Shown: positions 37,721-49,534, counted from the first letter of the stretch. The stretch is DNA of 64,000 nt from Balanoglossus misakiensis (GCA_040954595.2 CM082589.2:8626232-8690231); one strand, 5' to 3'. The notes: generated by a model from the letters alone, not told the origin. Translations and numbers: made by a program.

Positions 37721-38343
37721 CGCGAACATTGTGACATGGACAAAAAACATCCATTTTAGGTGCCACTTGGTGTATGTATACATGCAACTGGGAGTTTACA
37801 AGTCCGAGTTCTCGTACTCAGAAGTCCGACTCAGTCTTTAAATTCGGAGTATGCACTTCGAAGTTCTCTTACATGCCTCTTGTGGTTCGTTATTTATTCA
37901 TGCTATGTATCTCTTGCTTGTTATTGCTCATCGCTGTTCGGTTTTGCAAATTGCTTTCAAATTTGTATCTATCAAATGTGTCACAGAGGGCATGATTCCA
38001 GTGATGGGAGGGAACTGCATGTGGTTGGGATGTGATTTATGGACGGATCACATTATTTTTGGTCATAATTGCTCCTTATTAATCATTCGATCTATTTCAA
38101 GTTCATTATTGGTCATTACTGTAGGTTCTGCTCATTACAAGTTTTAGAAACACCCGTGAGTCAACATTACACACAACATATTCCCTTTTGTGTAACAGAC
38201 AACATTTTTGTTTTGGGATGAATTACCGGGCACAGATTCCGTGTGTAAGGTTGGCTGATCCGGAGTTTAAACTCAAAATGGTTAAATCATGCCAACAAAA
38301 TGCCAGGATGTAAAGGTCACACAGGGGTCAAGATTAACCATAC

Positions 38344-38478
38344 CTTTCAACAGCATCTTTCCACCAAGCTTTTAATTTTGTGGCTTTTTGGTTGAACATT
38401 GTCAACGCATCATCCATCTGTTGGAAGTGCTGATGGTACTGATTTTTTGCTTGTTCGCATTGCAGCAGATTATCCCAG
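38344..38478 (-). other. Putative antisense exon in cargo (WDNLLQCEQ...LKAWWKDAVE)
   Basis: tttctttcag acceptor, gtatgg donor, open in phase 2-2. Confidence 0.55.
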
Positions 38479-39451
38479 CTGAAAGAAACCCACGACAGTA
38501 CAACATTAGAGATAGTTGATAGTACTCATGAGCTCAAACTTACTCATATTTCAGCAATTTACAGGTTATTTTCAGTGATTTCCAGAATTATTGTTAGACA
38601 CATATGTGCACCCTCTTCAAGAAACAGCCACATTCTTAGAATATACACACAAAAATGCAAGCTAAGACATTATTGAAACAGATGCAATTTCTAAGACACA
38701 TAATTCTTCAATGCTGTTCATTCTGTATTTGAATTAATTTACCTCCTTCACCACATTGGGTGGGTGAGACTGAGGCAAATATTTGGTTTACAATGGGAAA
38801 GTCTGGCCAATATACATACAAACAGGGACCGCCCCTGATGAGAAAAAGCAATGGCCTATACGTATCATATGGTAGCCCCTACACGCCAACAGCAATTCAA
38901 ATTCTGGGTCAGAACTACAATAAAATTTGCAAACACCTTTTCAATTTTGGTGGACCAAATTTTCATTTGTATGGACCCAATATATTTGGGTGCATTTTGA
39001 CGACTTCATCCATTTTTTTCCTGGGTGATTCAACTTTGTCGACGCACTCAGAGCATTTTCACTGTTTTAATTCCTTTTCACAATTAGTGACTGTTGACAT
39101 TACTGCCACATAATTAGACCGTTTCATTTTGGTTGGCACAAAAACTCTAAGACCATGTTCCTTTTGAGTGTACATTATTTTTGAACTGCTTGAGGCTGGG
39201 CTGACCAGTCATGCGGTACATGACGACTACACTACTGTTATGAGATACCAAATGTACATAATATGTAAATGTTATGAGTGCGCTCTGATTGAAATGAAAA
39301 TTATGTCCTGCAAAATATAAAATGTGAATATTATAGTTCTGACCACATAATTAGACTGCTTAATTTTTGTTCTCACAAAGGTGCCACTGAAGCATCATGT
39401 ACTGTGGTGTATTCAATTTTACACATATATACAAGTGTATGCCACACCTAC

Positions 39452-39654
39452 CTTGTCTCCTGTTCCAGTGTCTTGAAAGTTAGGGCCAGTTTGGTGAAAT
39501 CATTAACCATTCCCTCATTTTGCATAATCCAATCTAAATGTATTTGTAACTGTTCTTGTTTTCTCCGAAGAATCATTTTCTGGGTGTGCAAGCTCTTTGC
39601 AAGTTCTTCCAACGTGATCTTTTCCTCATTAATGTGGTGACTCTTGTGCTGAAC
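39452..39654 (-). other. Putative antisense exon in cargo (VQHKSHH...KTLEQET)
   Basis: Polypyrimidine tract plus cctcag acceptor, gtaggt donor, open in phase 0-2. Confidence 0.6.
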
Positions 39655-39879
39655 CTGAGGAAAAAACAAAACAATTAGCTTAAAACATTGCCTGTTGAAG
39701 AAATGTTTCAAGTGTCTTGTTCCTGGCCTGCTCCCCTGCCCCATTCCCACTGCTGGCTGTGCAAGGGTCAGGTACTAGCCGCCGTCTTGCACAAATTTCT
39801 GTCCAGCCATGCCCAAGATGACTGCTTCCAACGTTCGCACACAGGTACTGTCAAAGTCAGGTACACCACACAAGATTCA

Positions 39880-40275
39880 TCCATCCATACGTACATACAT
39901 ACATACATACATACATACATACATACATACATACATACATACATACATACATACATACATACATACATACATACATACATACATACATACATACATACAT
40001 ACATACATACATACATACATACATACATACATACATACATACATACATACATACATACATACATACATACATACATACATACATACATACATACATACAT
40101 ACATACATACATACATACATACATACATACATACATACATACATACATACATACATACATAGTACATACATACAAACTCAAATACGTACATACAAAGATA
40201 CGTACATACATACACACATACACAGATACGTACATACATACACACACAAATACGTACATGTACATACATACATAA
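39880..40275. repeat. (TACA)n microsatellite with degenerate tail
   Basis: Near-perfect array about 39892-40161. Confidence 0.99.
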
Positions 40276-40419
40276 ATTGCCATAATAGTTTAATGTGCCC
40301 ATACTTACGAAAACACAACACACCACTGCTACAACTGCAATTGCGATGAGAAGCCACCACCAGTAAACCTCATAGAGCTAGAAATTAAAAATATAACTGA
40401 TAAGTGATAATGCACCTCT

Positions 40420-40612
40420 ATTGAGAGTGTGGGATAAAATCGATCCCACACTCTCACAGAATCGAAAGTTCTACGAGCTGCAGCTCGTGTGGGACAAAAA
40501 AATCCCCAACTCGTGTGAGAAATATGATCCCAGGTCCTTGGGAGTGTGAGATTCTGTAAATCCCACACTCTCGATCCCACACTCCCAGCAGTGAGCTGCC
40601 AGGAGTGTGAGA
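40420..40612. mobile_element. Partial copy of the hairpin element at 58205-58620
   Basis: Shared gtgtgagaaatatgatcccaggtccttgg. Confidence 0.75.
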
Positions 40613-41809
40613 TTGCATATAAAGGTACACACAAGCACATTACCAGTACTGTGCATGGGTGTATTTAAGTTGGATGTTTACTCTATAAGTTCTCTCCAGA
40701 ATATGACTTTATTTCCAGTGTTATAGACTTACATGTTGTTCTACATACATACTGGTTCAAGTACATGAATGTACATAAAAATGTGCACGTGTATTAAATA
40801 TGTGTTCAAATAGAAACCCAAATTTTGCATAATATTGTAGCACTTTAAAGTGAAGGGGTAGTCGCGCTGCGTTTGTTTGTTTATAAACATTACAATTCAT
40901 CCACAAATTCCTGAAATCATTCTTAGAATGAACGTAGCAGCCAACCATAGAAAAGACTGAGCATGACAACAACTGAAGATCCTAGCTGTGGTGACTGCAG
41001 TGAGGTTTGTGTTGGTATGGGAAGACGTATTCTCATCAGTGGGGACACCAACATAGCGTGACGACCGCTTCCCTTTATTAACAATGTATGAAAGCATGCA
41101 TGACTAAGAAGTCAGAACAACCAAAGCTACTTACATTGGGCTTTTCTGGGGTATCTTCTGGAAGATCTCTGGCCTAGTTCAAATTATACAAAAAAATCGA
41201 ATTAGCAAATCCTTGAAACTGAAATGTTGAAAACTGTCAATGTCGTGCCTATTTGGTCAAGGACACATTTACTGCATGTAGAACGATAAGCACATTTTTA
41301 AAGGACCACAAATAGTTGATCCAAGTAACAAATGAACTTCAAATTATTACTTGAAAAAGTTGTTGATCAAAGTCAGATGTAGGCTAAATGAAGTCATGAG
41401 TCAAAGTGCCAGAACGGCCCCCTCGGACATTTATGCAAATTAGGTTCAAATAGGCTTCATGTGTGTGAAAATCAACAACACATTTCACCAACTTGTCCCA
41501 TTTGTTGTCCCACATCAAATGAATGGAAGATCCGCGAAAATCCACACTTTCTCAGCTTTTGCACAGTCATCCTATAAGTATAAGCGCTACTAGGTACCGC
41601 CTGTGAGTCTTACAGCTTTGAAACCAGTGCGTAATATAAAAGCATGTGGGAACAAGCTTTGAGTTGGTCCCTTGGGACAAAGACGTTTTTAATTTATTCA
41701 CGCACAAGGATGTATTTTTAGACAGACAATGGCAAGACCTAGTTGCCTAGCAATTATCACCATGAACTTTGCTACAATTTCACTTTTACTTCCACTGGGC
41801 GTCTAAATG

Positions 41810-42298
41810 TTAATTGTGGTCCATACAGATAGCACAACAGCTAAAGCTATTATTAACAAGGGTACTTCTCGTGAACCTTTAGTCATGGATACACTCAGAC
41901 ACCTCTTCTGGCTCTCTGTCCGTTATAATTTCCATGTTAGGGCTATCCATATCCCTGGTTGTATCAATGATATTCCTGATGCCATCTCTCGTTTACACCA
42001 ACCTGGTCAATTAGACCGTTTTGATTCTCTTTTCTATGACTCTTGGCTTCGCAATCCTGATTGGGTCCCCTTGTATCCTTCAATTCCATATATGTCCAAA
42101 AAAGCCTTCGACTCCATCTTCCCACAGGTCCAGAAGTGGTGGGGAAAGAAGCTGAATTGGATCAGCAAGTCGCATCATACCGGGCAGCAACATTTGCCCA
42201 GAACACCAACCGCACTTATAAATCACAATGGCAGTGCTATCTCCAATTTTGCAACTCCATGGGCTACCGAGCAATCCCAGTTAACAACATTGTTTTAG
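41810..42298 (+). pseudogene. Ngaro RNase H C-half
   Basis: LIVVHTDS-AIINKG, HIPGCINDIPDAISR. Confidence 0.9.
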
Positions 42299-43120
42299 GC
42301 AGGTATGTTGCCTTCCTTGCAACACGCTTAAAATTTTCTTCCATCAAGCAGTATCTAAATGTTCTGCGTATTTTTCACCTAGAAATGGGTTACAATAACC
42401 CGCTAAGTGAGAATTGGTTCCTAACTTCTCTCTTACTTGGTGTGAAGCGGTGCAAGGGAAGCACAGTGGAGCGCAAGTTGCCGATCACCCCCAGTTTGCT
42501 CTTGCAGATTAGGTCTACCCTTAATTTGGCACAGCTAGATGATGTACTGTTCTGGTCTGTTTGTACATCTGCCTTTTTTGGCTTGCTAAGATTGTCAAAC
42601 CTGCTTGTTCCTTCTGCAGCTCAGTTTGATGCTGGCAAGCATCTTTGTAGACAGGATATTTTTTTTTCGTCCTTGGGGTCCACTTCTCTCTATCAGATGG
42701 TCTAAGACCATTCAGTTTCAGCAACGTCTTTTGCAGGTACCCCTTCCTTTTGTTCCGGGCCACCCCCTTTGCCCTACAACAGCACTCCTAAGATTTTGGC
42801 TTCTTTCCGCCAGGGCCCCAGCACAGGGTCCAGCCTTCTGTCTCCCTGGGGTCCCTAGTTGCCCACCCTTTACACAGTCCATGTTTCGTTCACGCTTGCG
42901 TAGCGTCTTGTCTTCCCTTAGAGTTTCTACAGCCACGTTTTCAGGCCATAGTTTTCGTCGTGGTGGGGCAACTTGGGCTCTGCAATGTGGCATCCCAGGG
43001 GAAATTATTAAAGTACTGGGAGACTGGCAGAGCTCTGCCTATCTGTCTTACGTCCAAGATGTTAGCTTAGAACAACGCTTATCTGCTATGTCAACTTTTA
43101 CCCTACACCTACCACATTGA
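42061..43120 (+). pseudogene. Ngaro ORF3 tyrosine recombinase (1-nt frameshift in T run at 42659-42667)
   Basis: FFGLLRLSNL, RWSKTIQF, SGHSFRRGGAT, GDWQSSAYLSY. Confidence 0.93.
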
Positions 43121-43131
43121 GTTTCTTTGGA

Positions 43132-43210
43132 CACCTTGGGAGAATAGTTCTGACATTAAGTCATTATGGACTTTCTGTATTTGCATTAAAGAACTATCCT
43201 GAGTGTGCCA
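43132..43210 (+). repeat. Ngaro repeat B1 (79 bp)
   Basis: Identical to 43686-43764. Confidence 0.95.
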
Positions 43211-43280
43211 ACGAAACCAATGTGTCGTTCGTTTTCTATTTTGTGTATGCATCAACTTTTCGCTGTCGATGTGACCATTT

Positions 43281-43566
43281 AAGGACAGTCTCATTTTTGA
43301 GACAGGTTTAAATGTCACAGGTGTGTGTTTAATCCCAGAAGTTTATTTCATGTATTTATCTGTACACCAATAGTTTATGTATTTTATTTACTGCTTTACA
43401 CCTAGCATTGTAGTTTATGTATTGTTAGACATGCTTTGTTTTAGCACCTGACTTCATAGGCTAATGTGACCTTTAGTGTAGGCCTCACTACAAGTATATA
43501 TAGAAGTCAGGGAGTGGGTCTTATTGTCAGCCACAACTGCTTGTAGCCAGCAGACAAGACATTCTC
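43281..43566 (+). repeat. Ngaro repeat A2
   Basis: Copy of 30676-30961. Confidence 0.95.
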
Positions 43567-43685
43567 CCCACCCACCCACTCCTGATATTTTTTGTAACTT
43601 TATTTCTTTGAGTCTTGAGTTCTGTATGTTCTGCCTTTTATTTAGTTTGTGAGACCTTTTTGTAGTTTTGTAGTTATAGGTCTCC

Positions 43686-43764
43686 CACCTTGGGAGAATA
43701 GTTCTGACATTAAGTCATTATGGACTTTCTGTATTTGCATTAAAGAACTATCCTGAGTGTGCCA
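43686..43764 (+). repeat. Ngaro repeat B2
   Basis: Copy of 43132-43210. Confidence 0.95.
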
Positions 43765-44255
43765 TATAATCTTTATAATGAATTTTAAAATGTCATAATA
43801 GTATCCAACATTGTCATTTCATAGTGATATATTATAATTGTAATAGTAATGTGGAAAGCAAACCATAAAAATATCAACCTGATCTTACATGACACCTCCC
43901 TTTGCATTATCATAACATTGTCTGAGTCCACACTAATTTCATAATAGTTGGTCATATGCAGATTCCTGACATCAGATATGATTTAAGTGGTAAAGTCAAT
44001 TTTAAAGGTGTTTAATTTAAAGCTTATAAACATTAGCATTTAAAGGCCAATGATCGTCTTTTGTGCAAATGTGTAATTTTGTGTGTATAAAGATTACGTC
44101 CAATCCTAAAGTTGTGTTTTTAACCCAAGTCTCTGGTTTGGCACATGCTCATAAGACAATTGTCACCCTTTAACCACATATAGTGACATGCATGGTATTT
44201 CCATGCTGAAAAAGGCCATGATCACAGATGTATTTCCTTTGTCGTCAAATTTCAG

Positions 44256-44366
44256 TGTTATGAACAGCTGACAAACTGGACGAAACTGGAAGAATATTCA
44301 ACATTGAATCTTGATGATTCTGATCCACCTGATTTGCAGAAGATTTGGAACGATACATATCATCAG
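44256..44366 (+). CDS. PRKDC: DNA-PKcs exon 20 CYEQLTNW...PPDLQKIWNDTYHQ
   Basis: cag/gtaaga, phase 0-0, follows a 14-kb intron. Confidence 0.95.
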
Positions 44367-44717
44367 GTAAGATACAACGCATGTACATATTAACCTGAAG
44401 GTGTGTTGATAAAAGCAAACCGAATTTCTTGTAATTTGGCACTAAAGCCTTTTGTATGAAAATACCTTGATATAGTGTATGCAATGTTTTTGCAAGTAAG
44501 ATAACTCAGGCTTGAATACTTGAATAGCACAAAGGCTTAAGGCTTCATTGGTAGTGCAGCGAATTCTGAAGCAGATTAATTTCAAGCATTATCTTTATTT
44601 TTGAAATATGTTTTGTCTCCTTTAATGGTTTTTTATGTATATGTATATATGGTAACCATCCCCTTTATGGCAAGAACCATTTCATCTGTGATGTTTTCAT
44701 TGGTGTTCATATTTCAG

Positions 44718-44849
44718 GAGCACTATTTACCGTACGTCATCAAGAGCAAGCTGAAAAATCTGATAGAGGATCCTGAAAATGAAGATCAGAGTCTGTTGAC
44801 ATTCATTGATAAATCAATGCAACACAAAGAAAGGAAAGCTCTCTTAGAG
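44718..44849 (+). CDS. PRKDC: DNA-PKcs exon 21 [13 protein letters not shown]...[10 protein letters not shown]
   Basis: cag/gtgaga, phase 0-0. Confidence 0.96.
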
Positions 44850-45559
44850 GTGAGATTGGAGTTCCCATCACTTCAAAGTCCTTCTACTAGAGTTGACTCT
44901 GGATAATTTGAACTTAATTGGACATTACCGTAGCTGTAACATCTGGCTTTATTTTCAGTATTTTTGATGTGTGTGTCAATTGCAATTTCTTGCTCTACTC
45001 CAAATGTCATGCTAATATAAGAAGCTTGTCAACATAGCCTGTATGTGTGAAATGGGCATTGTTATTGTTGACAAATGAATTCTAGTCCAGGCTTGAGTTC
45101 ATATTTTGCACAATAACAATGCTGACTGACTGTACACATATATATGGTGTTGGTAAGCTAAACGCTGGACATTTCAGCATGTTTCAGGGATTTGAACAAG
45201 AAAGTGCAGTAGTTACACAAAAAATACTGAAACCATAGTGAAAAGATGCAGCTAATGGAGCTTTAAATTAGGGCTTACAAAAAAATTACCAACTTGTGCA
45301 TAATTTTTGAATCAATTTGTCTCCACATTATGTGAGCAAGAATGACATGGCAGATGCTATTCAGTTTCATCCTAACTGTGTTTGAAAATTATATACATTA
45401 ATACAGTATATTTGGTAACATTGATTTAGTGCAGAAAATCCTGCAATTTCTTTAAGATCATGAAGAAGTGAAAAATATGTAAGCCTTCCCATGTGCTTGG
45501 AAATTTTGGATGAAATACTTAGACTGTTGATTTTTTCTGCCAGGTAAAGACAAGTAAAT

Positions 45560-46064
45560 AGAGAGGTTCGGCTACACTTTATACGCAAACGTGAACTACA
45601 ACGTCACAAATTTCTGTTATGACATCATCAAGTTTTGTGTAAAGTTTGACGTTCACGTAAATAACTTCGCGTATTTTACGTGGAGATAGGTGTTTTCACG
45701 TTAGTTGCAAACATGAAAAGTTATTCTCATTTTTGGGCAACAAAAAATCATATTATCTACGAAATATGTGTACGCCTTGTTAGCTTGATATCTCATTGTG
45801 ACAAACGAAAACGCATTTATTTCTTTTTAGTCATTTTATGTGAAATTTTGTCATCAATTTGTATGGTCGCCCGACGGTTGAATCCGTAGTTGCAGTGCAG
45901 CGACGCGGTGTAACGATGTACACGCTCAAAATTCGAATACAGAGTGCACGTGCCACACAAACAGACGTTGACGTGAAGCAAAACTCTTTTCCACGTGAAC
46001 GTCTTACGCGAACGTGGGTTCTACGCGTCCACGTTGACGTAAAAACGTGTAGCCGAACCTGTCT
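45560..46064. mobile_element. PIF/Harbinger-like MITE, 3-bp TSD AAT
   Basis: TIR aga(g/c)aggttcggctacac; aat on both sides; acgtga-rich subterminal motifs. Confidence 0.78.
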
Positions 46065-46451
46065 AATATGTTTGTTTTACCCTGATTGTAATTGTATCAA
46101 ACACTATATCTGTTTACTGGAAGCAACTTTCCTTGAACAAAATGAACAAAAGAAAATCATGTAAAGAATTACCAAACTAAAGTCAGTGGACAGTCACTTC
46201 GTAACACAGGCCATTTCAAACACTGTCATAACAACAAGCACCAAATAACTAAAAACAACAAAACTGATGGATTTGTTGCAGACATGAAACCGTGAAATTA
46301 CGTAGCTGAGGTTTTTAAATAAAATAAATATCGGAGAAAGGCAAAATACCCTTCTGTGTCTTCATCATGAGTCACTAGGATATTAATGAAAAGTCAGATA
46401 AATTAGCAGGCATTAATATTTGGAACTGGCAGGCACAAGTATGATTTGAAC

Positions 46452-46586
46452 TAGACTCTTACAGCCCTTCTCGCCGTCCATGCAAGCTTATGGTCTGAGT
46501 GCGTGTGACCACCATATGGGGCTTCTCCTTCGGTAAACGGTTGAGGGCCCGTCAGTGTAGCGAACCGTGGGCTGTGTGAGAGTCTA
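46452..46586. mobile_element. 135-bp MITE, TAG...CTA termini, 9-bp TSD GATTTGAAC
   Basis: tagactct...agagtcta; TSD at 46443-46451 and 46587-46595. Confidence 0.85.
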
Positions 46587-46676
46587 GATTTGAACAAGTT
46601 AATTTCTACAAGCAGACTAGAGGAAAAGTCCCACTAGAAATAATTGTTTTATGGTTTCTTACCATCTTCTTTGCAG

Positions 46677-46775
46677 AGTCGATATTGTGAGGAGTTGGCA
46701 ATGCTGTATCTCAGGCAGAAGGACAATGACAGAGCCCAGTATTATGCTGCTCATTGCATACAAGCATTTCTAGAG
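46677..46775 (+). CDS. PRKDC: DNA-PKcs exon 22 SRYCEELAMLYL...DRAQYY
   Basis: cag/gtaaca, phase 0-0. Confidence 0.95.
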
Positions 46776-47330
46776 GTAACATGTCAAAGGTCATAGTGTA
46801 ATTATACTGTTCTGTTCATCACAAGGTGTATGAAAGCAAAATTCACTGATCAAACTGTGTATCAAACAGGAGTTTCATGGTTGGTGAATTACTGTAGATC
46901 AGGATGTAATTTGTTAGTTGTTTTAACCCTAATGCTACTGGGCATCATACCTGTTTAGAGTGTCAAGTCCCTTAAAATATGTGTGTGCCTTTTTGCTTCT
47001 TACACTTATTTTGACTATCTTGGCATGGCTTTCATACATACTTAGATACACTTGGCATTTTGAAAATGTATGTACCAAATCAAACTGGTTTGCACTGGTT
47101 TGGCTTGAGGGTCTTGTATAGGCCCTTCTGAGTAACACACACTTGGCAGCCTAACAGGCCTGGGTTCCAGGATTCTAGGCACCCTGGAAATCAAACCAGT
47201 TTCAACCAACTTGGTAGCGTTAGGATTAAATTTGTTTGCAGGGTTTTCCATGTTATTTCAAATCTTCACTGATTTCATCATGATTATATAGTGATTTTTG
47301 TCACTGATGATGTTGTGATCCTTTCTTCAG

Positions 47331-47436
47331 GATTGGTCGGGTACAGATGCATTGATGATGTCAAGCCGTTCCTCCAAATTACAACGCGTTCAGAAACTCA
47401 GTGAAATGCAAGAATTTCTATCATTCATGGCCAAAG
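47331..47436 (+). CDS. PRKDC: DNA-PKcs exon 23 DWSGTD...SKLQRVQKLSEMQEFL (end may be 47439)
   Basis: cag acceptor; tandem donors gtagtg/gtgagt, phase 0-1. Confidence 0.9.
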
Positions 47437-47667
47437 GTAGTGAGTTACTTTCCTTCATTAAATCTAAGAATCTTAATTTACAGTGAATTTCAGCTAAGGT
47501 CACCATTTTCTAAGTACTACATTTTGTTTTATTGTTCATTCCAAACAATTAGTAAAAAAAAAAACCCATTAGTGTCTTTGTGTATCAAACAGATCACAGA
47601 TAGAGCATAAAAGTGAACGTTGCCCACTGGTTTTGAGTGACGCTGGTGAACATTTTAAACCAGTTAA

Positions 47668-48464
47668 GATGGGTCCCTGGGATCTTTTTGCTCGTTTTGC
47701 TATGGGCCTTTATAGGACAATACACTCAATTTTGATCGAAACCGTTATGAACGTCCGACGAGGGGCTTGTAACTAGTTAAAAATACGCACGATTGTGTGC
47801 ACACCCCCTGTCTGAGTATGTTTACGGCAGCTACCGCCCGGCCATAGGCCGCCACGCTAATACGGCAAAGCAGCGGTCAGCGATAGCGTGCGCGTCCTGT
47901 AACCACAGTAACTGGATCGAATGCTAAAAATCCAATGTTTTGTACACAGAGATTTTGTACCGTTCACGAAAATCCCTAAGGCTTTTTTCACAGGCGACGT
48001 AGGCCAGCCAAATTTGACCTGCTTGTTGAGAACGCACTTCCGCATAGTGTGACGGATCGTTTTTTCGGTTTTCGTCGTGCTAAGAAGCGATACCAGTGGA
48101 AGAGTGCGTCCAAAAACACCCAAAATCGATGACTTTTTCAGGTGTGGTACAGGTATGCTGAAATCGTAGGATACAACGATAATATTCGAAAACAAAATCC
48201 GTCACGATCTTCCCTGGTTCAAGCAACTAATGAATACGTATCAAGTTCGTTTTTGAGGTCACGGAATAAAAAGCCTTAGGCTTTTGAAATTTGACCTAGC
48301 TAATTTGCATATCAATGGCGTCAGGGGGCGCGCGCTCACAATCGTGCAGATTTTCAACTAGTTACCAGCCCCTTGTTAGACTCTGAAAACGGCTTAGTCC
48401 AAATCGGGGTGTAATGTCCTATAAAGGCCCATAGCAACGAGCAAAAAGATCCCAGGGACCCATC
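47668..48464. mobile_element. TTAA-TSD non-autonomous element (Kolobok- or Sola3-type)
   Basis: About 55-bp TIR gatgggtccctgggatctttttgctcgtt...; TTAA on both sides. Confidence 0.88.
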
Positions 48465-49045
48465 TTAATTATATCCAAAAAGTCAAAATCTGGTTACACT
48501 TTGATTAAAAATATTGGTCAAAGTTTCTCACGCCATTATACAGAGTTGCGTGTGTATGAGTCAGATAAACATGTTCATTCACATTTTGTGTCTTTGCTAT
48601 ACAAGGAAACGGTGAAGTGACATGACATGAAAACAGCCTAATTGCTGAGAAGTCCCAGACACATTAAATTTTCTGAGAAGAGTTTTAAAAAATGATTTAG
48701 CTATCAAAATGGTCATAAATGTTATTGATTGGCATGATACATTTTGAAGACAACTATTTTCAGAACGTCACATTTTTTACCCCACAATTCCTCAAAAATG
48801 GAAAAACATTTCCTGAAAGTCTTGGAATTTTCAGTGACTTACTGCCATAATTTATGAATCCTGTATATAGCCTCAGCAATGCTATGTAGATAGTTTTTTA
48901 CACTATATTTTAGGAAGAAGTCATGTAAAAAGATACATGCAAAGAAGTCATGATACAAAAAGATACATGCAACTGAAGGAACTGGTGTTGGAGTGCCATT
49001 ATTGTGGGGCTTTGTAAAGGATTGTTCTTTCTTAATTAACTTTAA

Positions 49046-49418
49046 GGTAGTGGTCTACTCAAAATTGAAAGTTTTGTCTTTTTCCTGACTTTTATATATC
49101 AATGAATGTTAAATACAAAAAAGAGAGAAAACGGTGTTCACATCCTACTTTCCGTTAGGGGTCTAAACTATTGTGGAAAATGTATGCCTCTTGCTATACT
49201 TTTTCCTGTGGTGAAAATATCTGTGAACAGTTCTATCAAAACAGCAAGCATGCATGTGACATATTGTGCTTTCTTTACGTTGATTGATAAAGCTTCTCTT
49301 TTAGCACCTTTTGTAAAAAGTTCAACAAAATGAAAATATTTCAACACTTTTCTCAAAAGTCTATATGTAAGGCTATGGAACTTGATAACCATACACTACC
49401 TTTGGCTAGTCCACTACC
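49046..49418. mobile_element. TTAA MITE, GGTAGTGG termini
   Basis: ttaa-ggtagtgg...ccactacc-ttaa. Confidence 0.72.
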
Positions 49419-49534
49419 TTAATAGTTATAAAACCCTACACATTTTGTTTTATAAAAATGACAGATTAGAGTTACTATAAAAGAAACCATAGAAACTGTA
49501 TAACAAATTATTTTTGCAAATTTATATTTTGTAG

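Larger units (their letters stand above)
34624..37736 (+). mobile_element. Gypsy LTR retrotransposon, internally deleted
   Basis: TGTCAC...GTGACA ends, 5-bp TSD TGGAC (34619-34623, 37737-37741); only the last 33 bp of the 3' LTR remain (37704-37736 = 35748-35780). Confidence 0.92.
30676..43764 (+). mobile_element. Ngaro-type tyrosine-recombinase retrotransposon (A1-gag-RT/RH-YR-B1-A2-B2), interrupted by an 8.4-kb insertion
   Basis: Split direct repeats plus Gag, RT, RNase H and YR ORFs in the canonical order. Confidence 0.95.

Noticed and set aside
38743-38769. 27-nt minus-strand micro-exon between the two cargo exons
   Set aside because: Contains a stop in the required phase 2
39688-40360. 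HTYI/MYVC repeat ORFs (also HPSI/MDGW ORFs at 8426-8795)
   Set aside because: Translations of tetranucleotide microsatellites
33449-41806. Canonical Helitron ends (TC...CTAA) for the cargo
   Set aside because: Not inserted between A and T, no clear 3' hairpin, and removing these limits does not restore the RNase H frame
42095-42104. Second slippery site between RNase H and YR
   Set aside because: In-frame heptamer C_AAA_AAA is non-canonical; insufficient support
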